Translations under genes and position numbers: made by a program
Source: Octopus bimaculoides
Taxonomy: Eukaryota
Length of the DNA: 64,000 nt
Reading direction: 5' to 3'
Assembly: GCF_001194135.2 (NCBI RefSeq)
Contig: NC_068981.1
Location: 40,361,821 to 40,425,820, forward strand
The notes under the pieces: generated by a model
Databases searched by the model: none
What the model was told of the DNA's origin: nothing
Seen by the model: only the letters and a program-made list of their open reading frames with translations
Shown here: positions 1 through 12,254 of the stretch, in pieces
How the letters are laid out: each line of letters starts with the position of its first letter
Position numbering within the stretch: the stretch's first letter is position 1

Positions 1-85
1 AATATTCATTGTTGCTTTTGTTGCACTGGAATCTGTTTAGTTGACTGCATACTTTTCCTTCACCTTCTCCTTTTTCTCTTTCCTC

Positions 86-87
<2 letters not shown>

Positions 88-141
<54 letters not shown>

Positions 142-185
142 NNNNNNNNNNNNNNNNNNNNNNNNNNNNNNNNNNNNNNNNNNNN

Positions 186-230
<45 letters not shown>

Positions 231-261
231 TCTCGCATCTGTGTGTGTGTGTGTGGTGTGT

Positions 262-291
<30 letters not shown>
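88..291. repeat. (CT)n and (TG)n microsatellites around an assembly gap (N142-185)
   Basis: Direct reading. The 41..343 ORF is a translation artefact of these repeats. Confidence 0.95.
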
Positions 292-292
<1 letters not shown>

Positions 293-293
<1 letters not shown>

Positions 294-500
294 ACTTGTT
301 GCTTAAGTCCTGGTCAGTTAACCCTGATCAAATAGATTTATAATCAAATGTATCTCAGCTACGAACATTTTATCTTTCCAAGGGCATATCTAGGACTACA
401 TTATACAAGGTGTCCTTTCTTTTCTTGAAGGGGCAGGCTTTGATTTGAGAGACATTTGGTTTCAATTTTTAGCAGATTAATCGACCACATAGAACCTCTC
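293..500 (+). repeat. ~200-250 bp dispersed repeat (family D, starts gttgtttagccccaggtca-like)
   Basis: Recognisably similar copies at ~6520-6725(+), 18075-18300(-), 24590-24900(+), 36715-36840(-), 37205-37385(-), 38330-38620(+) and 40990-41145(-). Class unknown. Confidence 0.65.
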
Positions 501-593
501 TTCTTCTTCTTCTTCTTCTTGTTGTTGTAGTAGAAGTTGATGATTGGTAAAACCACTAGACTGCAAAGCTAACGATTTGGCAGAATCGTTAGA

Positions 594-826
594 AAGGCGG
601 TGAGCTGGCAGAATCGTTAGCACGCCGGGCGAAATGCTTAACGGTATTTTGTCTGCCGTTACGTTCTGAGTTCAAATTTCGCCGAGGTTGACTTCTCCTT
701 TCATTCTTTCGGGGTCGATAAATTAAGTACCAGTTACGCACTGGTGTCGATGTAATCGACTTAATCCCTTTGTCTGTCCTTGTTTGTCCCCTCTATGTTT
801 AGCCCTTTGAGGGCAATAAAGAAATA
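594..826 (+). mobile_element. Young tRNA-derived SINE (family A, Tx1-type tail) nested in an older family-A SINE
   Basis: A-box tggcagaatcg, B-box gagttcaaattt and tail ...gggcaataaagaaata. 12-bp TSD agaatcgttaga at 582-593 and 827-838. The host SINE resumes at 839-965. Confidence 0.9.
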
Positions 827-1154
827 AGAATCGTTAGAGCATCATATAGAATGAGTTGCGATATTTCTCCATACTCTCTGCATCCTGAGTTCAAATCCAA
901 CCAAGGTCGATTTTATCTTTCATCACTCCGGGGGTTGATAAATATGCAGCTATCAAGTACTAGAGATATTTCTTCTCTCTCGTTCCTTCTTTCTACCCCC
1001 GTCTCTTTGTATCAGCTTCCTTGAAGGTCCAACACACGAGGCAAAGTTGATCTCTGTAGGTTTTGAAATCTAAATTTAAAGAGCCAGGACAAATATCAGA
1101 AGACATTTTGACCGAGAAAGTCTGCAAATCTACCGCCTTAATCAATATTTAAAT

Positions 1155-1316
1155 AATTCTTTCTATTATAGGCACATGGGCTGAAATTTTAGAGAAGGAA
1201 GCTAATCGATTGCATCGACCCCTGTGCTGAAGTGGTACTTATTTTACCAACCCCGAAAAGATAGAAGGCAAAGTCGACCTCGGCGAATTTGAACTCAGAA
1301 CGTAGAGACGAGCGTA
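1155..1316 (-). mobile_element. Family-A SINE, 5'-truncated
   Basis: Reverse complement of the family core (gtcgacctcggcgaatttgaactcagaacgt on +). Confidence 0.85.
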
Positions 1317-1899
1317 AAGCCGGAAGAATCAATACTTAAATAATATTGCAAATTCGTTCCCAATAAGTCGATTGGCTGAACTTAATTCCTAAGAGTAAAA
1401 TAGTTTTAAAAAATATTTTTAAATTATTAATTTCATATGAAAATTAATAAAATTAATATGTAATTATAAATATAGAAATATAATAAGAAACACCATCATA
1501 GGTAAAACAAAATAGCCACCAGGAGACAAAGATAAAAAAAAAACTATGTAATTAAATCACATATGAATTGATATTTAAACGTAATTATAAAATAATGAAC
1601 TCTTACAAAATAGCGTAAATAATAATATTTGATAATGTTCTAATTTTTTAATAATTATTGCTAATAATATTAATTAGGTGAAATCGTTTGTTAAATAAAA
1701 AATTTGATAAAACTATAACGAATGAAAAACAATTCTGAGATTTTTCAGAGACCGACACCAAATTGCGAGGCTATAATTTGAAACTTGTTTGGCTTATGCC
1801 TAACTTCTTCCCTTACTTTCATCCCTTCAAGTTAAGAAAATGATAGCCAATACAATATTCGAAATCGATTTAATTGATTTTTTATTGAATTGACTTTGT

Positions 1900-3370
1900 A
1901 GATTTGCAGAATCGTTAAGAGCGCCGGATAGACTTCTGACTGTTATTCATTAATGGCGGTGAAATGACAGAATCGTTAGGGCGTTGGATAAAATGCCTTG
2001 TCACATTGGTTCTGGCTCTTTAAAGTTTAAATCCTACTGAAGTTAATTTTTTGCTTTCATTCTTCCGAGATTGATAAAATAAAGTACCAGTCAAGTACTG
2101 ACCACCTCCCAACAAAATTGCTAGCATTATGATCTAAATTGCAAGTGTTAAACCGGATGCCTTGTAGTACTTCTTCCAGTTCTTTTTATTCTGCGTTCAA
2201 ATCCCTCCAAGGACAACTTAGCATTTTTATCCGGTAACAAAATAAAGTACCAGTCAAGAACTTATTAAGGCAGTAGTATCGACTAATCCCCTTCTGTTTT
2301 ACTCAGGAGCCAAGACGACGAGTTAACAAAATTGTTACTATCGTCGGGAAAATGCTTTGCCGTATTTGTTCCGAATCTTTACATTCTGGGTTCAATTCTT
2401 ACTGAGGTCAACTTTACCTTTCAGCCATTTGAGATCGATAAAATAAAGCATTAGCCTGTTACTGAGGTTGATGACATTAACTAAATGACACTCCTATAGA
2501 TTCTTTTCTACTCTAGGCAAACGGCCCGAAATGTTTTGGATGGAGCGGGCCAGTCGATTAGACAGACCCCAGTACGCAGCTGGTACTTAATTTATCGACC
2601 CCGAAAGGACGAAACACAAAGTTGACCTCGGCGGAATTTGAACTCAGAATATAATGACAGACGAAATACCTATTTCTTTACTGCCCACAAGGGGCTACAC
2701 ATAGAGGGGACAAACAAGGACAGACAAACGGATTAAGTCGATTATATCGACCCCAGTAGGTAACTGGTACTTAATTTATCGACCCCGAAAGGATGAAAGG
2801 CAAAGTCGACCTCGGCGGAATTTGAACTCAGAACGTAACGGCAGACGAAATACCGCTAAGCATTTCGCCCGGTCTGCTAACGTTTCTGCCAGCTCGCCGC
2901 CTATAAATTACTGGTCTTATACCTAAATACGAGACCATAAAGAGCGTCGGAGGAAATACTTTGCGGTATTTCTTCCGACTCGAAACGTTCTGAGTTCAAA
3001 TTACGCTGATGTTGACCTTGCCTTTCATCCTTTCGGGGTCGATATGTTAAGTACCATTGAAACACTGAGTCGATGTAATCAATTGGAACACACACACACA
3101 CACACACACAGAAAATTTCAGGCCTGGTACCTATAGTAGAAAAGATTATTATTAATATTAGCTACAAACTGGCAGAATCGTTAACACGTCGGACAAAGTG
3201 TTTTGAGGTATTTCTTTCGATTTTTATGTTCTGAGATCAAATCCTGCCGAGATCGTCTTGCCTTTTATCCCGTCGGATTCGATAGAGTAAGTATCACACA
3301 AGCACTGTTGTCGATGTAATCGATTTTGTCTCCCCTTAAAAATTTTAGCTTTGTACCGAAATTAGAAAGT
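1900..3370. mobile_element. Cluster of ~9 family-A SINEs in both orientations
   Basis: Approximate copies at 1953-2142(+), 2145-2290(+), 2305-2490(+), 2499-2669(-), 2670-2902(-), 2935-3088(+) and 3160-3368(+), plus fragments. Confidence 0.85.
2670..2902 (-). mobile_element. Young family-A SINE (Tx1-type tail) joined to a second, head-less family-A unit (2499-2669)
   Basis: The minus strand reads aggcggcgagctggcagaaacg...gggcagtaaagaaata, then restarts at ggtatttcgtctg in a second unit with a different tail. About 90% identical to 594-826 by eye. Confidence 0.9.
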
Positions 3371-3714
3371 GGTAGTAGTAGTAGTAGCTGTTGTTGTTGT
3401 TGTTGCTGCAGCTGCTGGTGTTGTTGTTGTTGTTGAGCGTCGTTAATATTCTGCATAAAACAATTTTTTAAAATGAAAACATTTTTCTAGAGATTAAAGA
3501 CTAAAAGCATGACCTAAATAATACAAGCATTGCTATCAAAGAATGCTGAGACTATCACGTCCTGATAGAATATATAGGACTAAGAACTGAAATATCAATC
3601 TAAAATCTAGTTACATCTTCTTAACATCTGTACATAGGGCTACAAGTTGTCTCAACCAGCCTGTTTACAAATTATTAGAATTAGGCAAATTAGGCACTCC
3701 ATTGCTTACAACGT

Positions 3715-4060
3715 CGAGGGTTCCAGTTGATTCGATCAACGGAAAAGCCTGCTCGTGAAATTAACGTGCAAGTGACTGAGCACTCCACAGACACGTGTAC
3801 CCTTAACGTAGCTCTCGGGGAGATTTAGCATGACACAGTGTGACAAGGCTGGCCCTTTGAATTACAGGCACAACAGAAACAGGAAGAGAGAGTGAGAGAA
3901 AGTTGTGGTGGAAGAGTACAATAGGGTTCGCCACCATCTCCTACCGGAGCTTTAGCTTAATAAACACTCACAACGCCCGGTCTGGGAATCGAAACCGCGA
4001 TCTTATGACCGCGAATCCGCTGCCCTAACCACTGGGCCACTGGGCCATTGCGCCACCACA
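3715..4060 (-). mobile_element. tRNA-derived SINE (family B head)
   Basis: Minus-strand head tggcccagtggttaggg (A-box) ... ggtttcgattccc (B-box), followed by gggcgttgtg. Confidence 0.75.
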
Positions 4061-4119
4061 TTAGAATTAGGAAATTAAGCATAAAGATACTAAAATGTAG
4101 TGAATCAAGAAACTTTTAT

Positions 4120-4230
4120 TAAGCAGAATTACATCTGGTGGAAGACCTAAGGGTAGATCACGAGGGAGATAGTTGGATAATATTCATAATCTCGTAGGTC
4201 ACACTTGAGTATTCAACCAGACACACACGG
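4120..4230 (+). mobile_element. RTE-like LINE 3' fragment
   Basis: Translates to GGRPKGRSRGR*LDNI, the G-RP-GR---W-DNI motif of the RTE C-terminus. Similar to 6320-6370. Confidence 0.55.
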
Positions 4231-4283
4231 AAATAGTAATTTATGAATGTGGTTGGCTGAGGATAAAAACCTTGTTATATTAA

Positions 4284-5863
4284 TGACCAAGACTTTGCGC
4301 GATTGTTTGGAGAGAATGATGGGGCGGCGACGGTGGCAGACTTTACTTCGTACCTGGACGGCCTACCAAGGCTCTCGGTAGCAGACACAAGATTCTGCAA
4401 AAAGCCGAATACAGCTACAGAAATACGGGAGACGATGCGCGATTGCACATGTCGCAAGTCGACCAGTTTGGATGGTCTTCCTTACGAATTCTATGTATTC
4501 ATGCCAGATTTGTTTGGCAGCCGCTTGGCAGACGTCTACAGTAACTGGCAGCAGAAAGAACGGGCTAATTCCTAATGTTTCTAGCTGGAATGTGGTAACA
4601 CTGCTGAGAAAGGATGCCGACAATGGGGACGTGCTCGGGAATTTTCGGCCCATAGCTCTGCTAAACACAGAGTTTAAGATTCTGGCCAAAGTGTTAGCTA
4701 AAAAGTTGGCGCTTGTTGAAGGTAGCCTGGTCGGGGAGGTACAAACATGTGCAATCCCGAGCAGGTCTATCCATGAAAACCTCCACTTTATGCGATACAT
4801 CGTAGAGAGGGCGAGGACTAAAGTTTGCTTCGGTGGGGTCCTGATCAATTTAGATCAGTCGACAGCTTTCAATAGGGTCGACCATCGCTACCTGGAAGCT
4901 GGCACTTAGAATGGTACTTAAAATGTCTGGCACTTAGAATGTCGTCAGTTGCTTACTGTCCCCTACAAGTCAGGCAATTGGATCGGTGGATGTTCCACTT
5001 TAGCTATATATAGAAGATTGTTAGCGGAGAAGTGCGACGACGTCCTCGAGGAGACACTAGGCGTCAACGAAGACGAACTAGCAAGTCTATTCCGGAAGAC
5101 TTTCAGGTCGGGGACTATTATGGATAATTTCCATATGTCTTTAGCCTGGCAGTGCTAACGGCTGGGCTACCGGTTCGAGATAAACTCTACCGGTACAGAT
5201 GTGCTGTCAGACGAGCTTGTTCAGCATGCACTCATTCAGTGTCTGGGCATTGCTGACTTGTGGATTTATGTCGAACAGTTGCTGCCGCGTCCATAATGAT
5301 GATTGCCTCGCCACCCGCCTTTAAACTGGCAAGCAAGACAGTTTTCCTTTGTCTGGTGGCTGTGGAGAAAGAGGTTGTCTGGTGGACGAGGCTGAAAGGA
5401 ATGAGGACAGAAACATTCCTCTTTGGTAAAGCCCTCATCGATGTTTTCAAGTTTCACTTGGAAAGGAAAGTGAGGGTGGAGTGGGAGGTGTTGTCTTCGA
5501 GTGGATTTACGAAAAGTTGAGTGAAAGTTGAGAAAATTGCTACTACCACCGAGATCTGCACCCGCGGTTGACTTCACCCGTGAGTCGGAAGAAAGGGATT
5601 TGGCGAGGGCACTCGTCCTTGGCACATTCAGGGTGGTCTTGGATGGTGGGGTTCCTCGACTATCTCCAGAGATCCATTTATATCAGAAGGACCCCATCAC
5701 TATCACTTTTTTTCTTGTAGTGCCGTATACTATGTATACTTCCCTACTTTCGATATATACCGTATATACTCCCACTCCCGCTATTATATGTAAACCCTTA
5801 CACTTCATGTCTGTCTTTGTATTGTCCCCTTCATCCTTCGCCCTGGTAGTAAATAAAAGAAAT
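4284..5863 (+). mobile_element. Tx1-like (L1-clade) non-LTR retrotransposon remnant: RT N-half joined to the 3' zinc-knuckle region and 3' UTR
   Basis: NFRPIALLNTEFKILAKVLA...LDQSTAFNRVDHRYLEA ends at 4900. It is followed by DNFHMSLAWQC..LPVRDKLY..HALIQC and a tail ending aaataaaagaaa. Multiple stops and frameshifts. Confidence 0.9.
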
Positions 5864-5871
5864 CATCATCA

Positions 5872-5911
<40 letters not shown>

Positions 5912-6145
5912 AAGGCAGTGAGCTAGCAGAATCGTAGTGCGCTGGACAAAATACTTAGCGGTATTTCGCCTATCGCTACGTTCTGAGTTTAAATTCCACC
6001 GAGGTCGAATTTGCCTTTCATCCTTTCGGGGTCGACAAACTAAGTACCAGTTGAACACTGGCGTCGATGTAATCGACTTATCCCCTCCCAAAAAATGGCT
6101 GCTCTTCTGGCAAGATTCGAGACCGTTGTTGTTGTTGTTGTTGTT

Positions 6146-6176
<31 letters not shown>

Positions 6177-6192
6177 ATGATGATTATGATGA
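5864..6192 (+). mobile_element. Family-A SINE (5912-6122) flanked by (CAT)(TAT)n and (TTG)(TGA)n trinucleotide repeats
   Basis: Family core sequence. The poly-Y, poly-L and poly-M ORFs here are artefacts. Confidence 0.85.
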
Positions 6193-6194
6193 TC

Positions 6195-6490
6195 AGAGAG
6201 TCTTTCCACGTCAAGCTGCTGCTTATCCACATTGTGAGGCCACTGCTCCGGTACTACGAACTTGTGACTAGCATGTTACAGGAAAGAATTCCAAGCTACA
6301 TTCGTCAAGACAAGCCAACGGGCAGAAGACCTAGAGGTAGACCAAGAAGGAGATGGTTGGATAATATTTACAGTCTCGGTCGCGCCATCTGAACCCAGCC
6401 GGAAAATCTAAAGACTAGACCCAATGGAAGAGGTACATGAGGACTTTACACCCACAACCCTCCTAGGAATTGTGGGTGGAGAAGATGAAT
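6195..6490 (+). mobile_element. RTE-like LINE 3' end
   Basis: PTGRRPRGRPRRRWLDNI motif. Confidence 0.75.
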
Positions 6491-7867
6491 GGTTGTTGAT
6501 GATGTAGTTGTTATTATTGTTGTTGTTATATTTTAGGTCCAGGTCAACCTTGACAGAGTAAACCCATGATCGAAGACGTTCCACTTAAGACCATCTTTTC
6601 CTTTTCTGGAACATTATGTATCTAGAACTACGTTATTCGATAGGTCTCTCTCTTTTCAAGATGTTACTGTGTAATTTCAGGAAGATTTGATTTCTAGGAG
6701 ATCAAGTGACCACATAGAGCCTCCTTCGTTGTTGACTCGCATAATCGCATTTACCTGTTCCTATATCCAATGTTGTTTCATGTAATCTTAATAATATCTC
6801 ATATAGTCGATTCCATTAACACCGTTCTATACTATATAATTACTTTATTGATCCGACAGGGTTCGGATGAAAAACAAGATCGTCACAGGTGGCGCTTCAA
6901 TTCAGAATTTAGTTTAACTAAACTAAATGCTACAGGAGATTTAGTCCGATGCTTGACCATTCCAATAACACCGCTTTAATGTAATTCTCCCCATTTCTTT
7001 CAACACCACCCATTTATAAGAAAGAACTGTAATCGACTGAATTGAACCACATTATATCATAATCAACAATATTATACTCCTAGTAATTATTTAATCGACC
7101 TCGAATATGGTAAACAGAGCAAAGTCAAACTTGAACTCAGTATGAGAAACGACTTAAACTAAATACCGTAAAATATTAGTCCAGCATTGTAATCATTTCG
7201 ACCACTTCACTGCCGCCCGTTTTTAACCTTCTTATTATGGTCAGTATAATTTTCTATTGATATTGACAGTGGCCAACATTCACATTACTTAATCATATTT
7301 ATTTCTACTCGTAAGTTAATATTTTTCAGTTTACGAATGAATGGAGAATTATTGAAACGGCTTTTGTTTCCTCATAGTCATATGATTCACTCATAGTAAC
7401 CAAACACAAAAGAAAACTTTCGGAAAATAATAGGAAGATTGCGTGAATAGATATTCAACATGAAAGCAGCATATGAAATCGGCAAAGTACTACGAGAGCA
7501 GCTTCGTATGTTACATAAGATAGTCATTATAGAGATAGCAAAAGCGTAGTACTTAACTTTTTTCTAATTCTGAAGTTTAACATTGGATTACTTTAATGTA
7601 ATATGAATTTAAGTTGTGTAATGCACTTGCAAACATATGCTAAGTAAATGGTACATATATATAAATATATATATACACACACACAGACATACATATATAC
7701 ATACATATATATTCTTTTACTTGTTTCCGTCATTAAGCCGTGGCCATGCTGGGGTACCACCTGGAGGAATTTTAGCCGAACGAATCAACCACAGCACTAA
7801 TTTTTTTTAAGCCTGGTACTTATTCTATCGATCTCTTATACCGAACTGCTTACATATATATATATAT

Positions 7868-8087
7868 AATGGTTTCCTAAATTTGGTATAAGGCTATTAA
7901 TTTAGGGGTGGGGCAGTTAAGTCGATCACATGGACCCCAGTGCTCAACAGGTACTTATTTTATCGACTCTGAAAGGATGAAAGGCAAAGTCGACCTCGGT
8001 GGAATTTGAACTCGAAACGTAAAGACGTACGAAGTGCCGCTAACAGTTTTGCCCGACGTACTAATGATTCTGCCAGCTCGCCGCCTT
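7868..8087 (-). mobile_element. Family-A SINE
   Basis: Full head to tail on the minus strand. Other degenerate copies at ~6840-7220 and ~8680-8880. Confidence 0.85.
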
Positions 8088-9098
8088 TTGTGTACATATA
8101 AATATGATTAATATTTTGAAAGACATACATCCAACATGACACGGCAACATAATAAATTTAAAATTTAAAACATAAATATACGAAATATAAATATCAATAT
8201 ATATAAAAATCTGAATATAGATAAATATATGTGTGAATATATATGCGTATAAAAATTTATGCGTAATTAAGCATGAATATTGTAAAGTCTAAAATATAAA
8301 ATATAAAGGAACCTAAAATTTAAAGAGTTAAATATCTTACGATCGTTTCGCGGATATTATTATAATCACAAAGTGATCTAAAGATCATCTTATTATCAGT
8401 AATTCCGCTCTTCAGAGATGCATTAAGAACCAATAGTATATATATATAATATTAAAACATTAGAAATATTAAAAAAATAAAAATAATAATAAAATATATA
8501 CTGTCCTTTCTATAAATTGTCAAATTAATCCTTCTGAAATATCAAATTTCTGACCCGGAGTTCAATAGAGAGTTAGGGATGTTAGATCCGAACAGGATCT
8601 GCGCTCTTTCAGACAAACAAAGCCTACATTTATTCGATCCATTCACATAAGGTATGGATTTCTCAATTACTTTCCATTTATGAATACTCGCTGAGCCCTC
8701 CCACGCCATGCTCCTTTACACTCTGAGTGCAAATCCTGCCGATGTCAGCTTTGCCAATTATTTTTCCTGAATCAATAAAAGAAAAGGCCAGACACGTAGT
8801 ATATTGGTGAGTTACATCGACTATCTATTCCACTCCCTTTGAATATATGACCAAATGCCTCTTTTAGAAATCAATATTAGAACACATCGAATTTTGAAAT
8901 CGTTTTGAATACTTACTTTCACACAGTTTTGCCTCTTATTTGTATTTTGATTTAACTTTGACACAAATGCATTACGGAGACCACTTTATGATGCTAAGAA
9001 ACACCAGTATACAATATATTCATTAGTGAATACTTTCGAATTAACAAAATACTTTTATAATTGAATATTTTCATTTTTAAATACTTTCTTTATTTATT

Positions 9099-9428
9099 TT
9101 AGACCGATAAATGTTTCACAACTTTTTGCGTTGTTTCATTTCCAATTTTTCTCAGCCAATCATTCCTTATTTCATGTTGATCTTGATTATGAAAATTCCA
9201 ATCTTGATAATGATATTCAACCATTACAACAGTTTTGTTCAACTGTGGGTGCATGCGCCGTTGCAGAGCGTCGCTGTATCCACCATTTGTTGGTGTAATG
9301 GTACATGTAATGGTATATATTGGAGGTCGGCAGTTACCAGTTGTAACGGATGTTAATGTTGCAGATGTACAAAATGAAAGAACAGTGATCGAAGTTGTAA
9401 GCAAACATTTATTTACCGTTACATATTG
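9099..9428 (-). CDS. Candidate terminal coding exon, unidentified protein (...DALQRRMHPQLNKTVVMVEYHYQDWNFHNQDQHEIRNDWLRKIGNETTQKVVKHLSV*)
   Basis: 110 open codons in non-repetitive sequence, strongly A/T-biased third positions, and AATAAA (+9093-9098) right after the stop. Possible acceptor at 9275-9274. A plus-strand exon reading (9103-9452, ag...gtatgt) cannot be excluded. Confidence 0.35.
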   Translation of the reverse strand, partial: QYVTVNKCLLTTSITVLSFCTSATLTSVTTGNCRPPIYTITCTITPTNGGYSDALQRRMHPQLNKTVVMVEYHYQDWNFHNQDQHEIRNDWLRKIGNETTQKVVKHLSV

Positions 9429-10049
9429 TTATAGCCAAACCACGACGGGCTGGTATGTATAATATAAGTCGTAAAGCATGCGAGGTAAAGAGAAGTATCG
9501 TAGATTTTCCTTGGATAGGTTTCTTTGTGATCTCGTCATTCTAGTAGCAGGGAAATGATAGATGGAGTGATGTTGTAGTAAAAAGAAAGTGAGCTAGTGA
9601 AAGTTAGAGAGTGAAGGAGAAGTTGTATGTATCATAGTGGCCGATTGCATTTCTTCTCCCTCTAGCCGTTAGTCTTTAGTGGTTCTCTGCCTGCAGCCAT
9701 CTCTGATAGTCTCTGTTCACTAATTTTGGCTTACGGAGTTCTTGTATTTACAACTATATAAAACTAGTTAGGAAAATAAGTATATTGCAGAAAACAGAAG
9801 ATATTCTTTGGTTGGGGGTCGACCTGTTATCTCAATTCCATTCTCCACCGCATACAAGAGGTTAAAATGGTCAAGTGGCAAAAACATAAATCAGCTTAGC
9901 GAAGCCATATGTTAAATGTAAATGCAGTCACTATTATTTTTCAGTGAGAAAAGTGCTGTTGGAATGTTAAAAGAAATTGCCAGTTCGAATCTACTCTATG
10001 CCTAAATGGAGCCACTACATCGGTATTTGCTCATGCTGTCTTGGGCAGC

Positions 10050-10900
10050 CCTCTATGTTGTGTCCCAATCAGTATCCATCTCTACAAGATAATTCCTCAT
10101 ACGCCGTGATCATGTAGAGAATTGGCCGGCCAACACGTGCCGTAATCCCATCCGCATCTTCAAAGAAGATAACACGACACACAAGATCCAATTCAGAAAA
10201 TCGAGTAGCATGACCAAATAGTTTGAGCTGACGACAGAGAATCATACAAGTAGAAGTACGCATCCCAATTTCTGAGTATGGTCGTTAGTTGGATACGAAA
10301 TCCGACCAATGGTAACACGTAATCCTGCGAAGTATCCGGGTATCAAAGTACAGGTGGCGCCTAAGGGTCCCGGACAGAGTCCAAGTCTATAGAGCAAGAC
10401 GAGCACGTCGTTGTCCACCGAGTCAAATGCCTTTTGAAGGTCGACATAAGTTGCAAGCAACTCCTACTGCCTACTGAAAACTCTTGTCAGTAGTTGACTT
10501 TTTTAGCGTGAACCCTGACTGCTCTGACTACTGATAAGCAAGCAGATGATTTTGCACTCTATTTAGTATAACCCTGGCAAAGAGAGGAGTGCATTTACTG
10601 GGCACTGAGAGGAGTGCAACAGCCCTGTAATTGTTGCAGTCGTGATGGTCACCTTTACATTTCAAGAGAGGGATAGTTACGCCCCTTTACCAGTCAGGCG
10701 GTATGACGCCACCGCTTCAGATTGAGCAAGTTATCTGTCACAAGAACAAGATTGCAGCAGGCCCACCATTATTGATCATCTCTCCGTGGATGTCACAAAC
10801 ACCAACTGCCTTCCTGCCCCTCAGCTGATTTATCATCCGTATGGACCTTGCTTCCGGACTACGGATCACAGCTGACTCGAAGATCGCTCACCAACGCTGA
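10050..10900 (-). mobile_element. RTE-clade LINE RT remnant with a large internal deletion
   Basis: Minus translation gives GRKAVGVCDIHGEM...PPDW...CNNYR..LLSVP...QSGF...YVDLQKAFDSVD, then jumps to RQLKLFGHATR. Confidence 0.85.
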
Positions 10901-11989
10901 AAGCACCCGAATACTGTTATGATTTTATATAATAACTTCCAATTTCTCAAACTATGTAATACCTATTTGTTGATGTTATGTTACTCTTGAAATTTGCAAG
11001 AAAAATGGGCATATTTGGAGAAGCCTCTGTAAGAATACTAATTTATCGAATCAGGATTTTTTTCGAAAACAAATTGCCTCATAATGCAATTAAAGTGAAT
11101 CATAAAAATGCAACCGATAAAGATGGCGCCATGACCAACTGCAAAAGACGGTTGTTAAGGTGGTCGCAACAGCCATTCGGTCCAGTAAACACCACCCTGG
11201 GAAGGAAGCCATATCTCGCCTTAAAACTGGAAAGCAGTTCTTTTCACAGCCACAAAGCCTTGTCTTATATCCATAGCCCCACACTGGCAGATGAGAGTGG
11301 ATCTTTTTAAACATTTAAAGTTCCCTTGGCACATCAAACCAATGATGCATCGCCAGACAAAGTCATCTTCTAAGATTCCACCAAGTAGTTAATCAAGCAG
11401 GATCTGACTGTCTCCTGGTTATAACTCATGACAATAGGCTTGCAAATTAAATATAATTCACCAGGGACGTATGAAATCTACTTATGGCGCAATATGCTAT
11501 TCGACATTGACAGCGTACTAAGTGTCAAAATGTAAATGAACATTCGAAGAAATTCATCGTGTGAATGTTCTAGTTATTCCTTTAGCACAACTACTTCCTC
11601 ATTATTGCATTACAGTAAATGACTTTTTAACTTCAGAATTAATCAGATTGACACAATATAGCAAGGCCAGGCATTTGAATTACATAAACAGTTTATTCTA
11701 CAGGTTTCTACACGATTCCCCTTATCTCGATTGTCATCATATAGTTTGGGTCGATCTAGTGCTAAAATATGGAGCACTCGCATCAATAAGAGTGTATCTA
11801 ATAAGCATAGATGAAGTGATGGGACGGGCGGTTTTAGATGTGTTCTACAGAGTCAATTCTCGTACTTTAAAGGTTATGGATATTATAAAATTTCATTTAG
11901 CATGATACAACAAAACCATGCCTCTCCTTCACAACTAAATGATTTCCATCCGAGTAATACACCATCAAGTAAAAGCGCAAGGAGAAGTA

Positions 11990-12210
11990 GAGGTTTAGTG
12001 ATTAGAGTTTGATCGTAAGATTTTGGTTTCGATCCTGGACCGGGCGATGCGTTATATTCTTGAGCCAAACACTTCATTTCACCTGGCTCCAATCCACACA
12101 TATAGTAAAAACGAGGAAATCCTGGAACGAACAGATGTCTCGTCAAGGTGGGGAATATATACGCCATAGAAACTGGGAAAACGGCCCTATGCTACTTATG
12201 GAGTAACGTG
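11990..12210 (+). mobile_element. Family-B SINE (tRNA head plus conserved central domain)
   Basis: ggtttcgatcctgg B-box, then ttcttgagccaaacacttcatttcac. Similar to 19245-19480(-), 48845-49015(+) and 49022-49356(+). Confidence 0.75.
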
Positions 12211-12254
12211 GACTAACACCATCAACGTATTATTGTAATATAGACAGAACTCTT

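Noticed and set aside
9111-9356. CWCNGTCNGIYW...C resembling sea-anemone defensin-fold toxins
   Set aside because: Only five Cys, stop right after, no proper signal peptide, and it is the in-register antisense of a longer minus-strand ORF.
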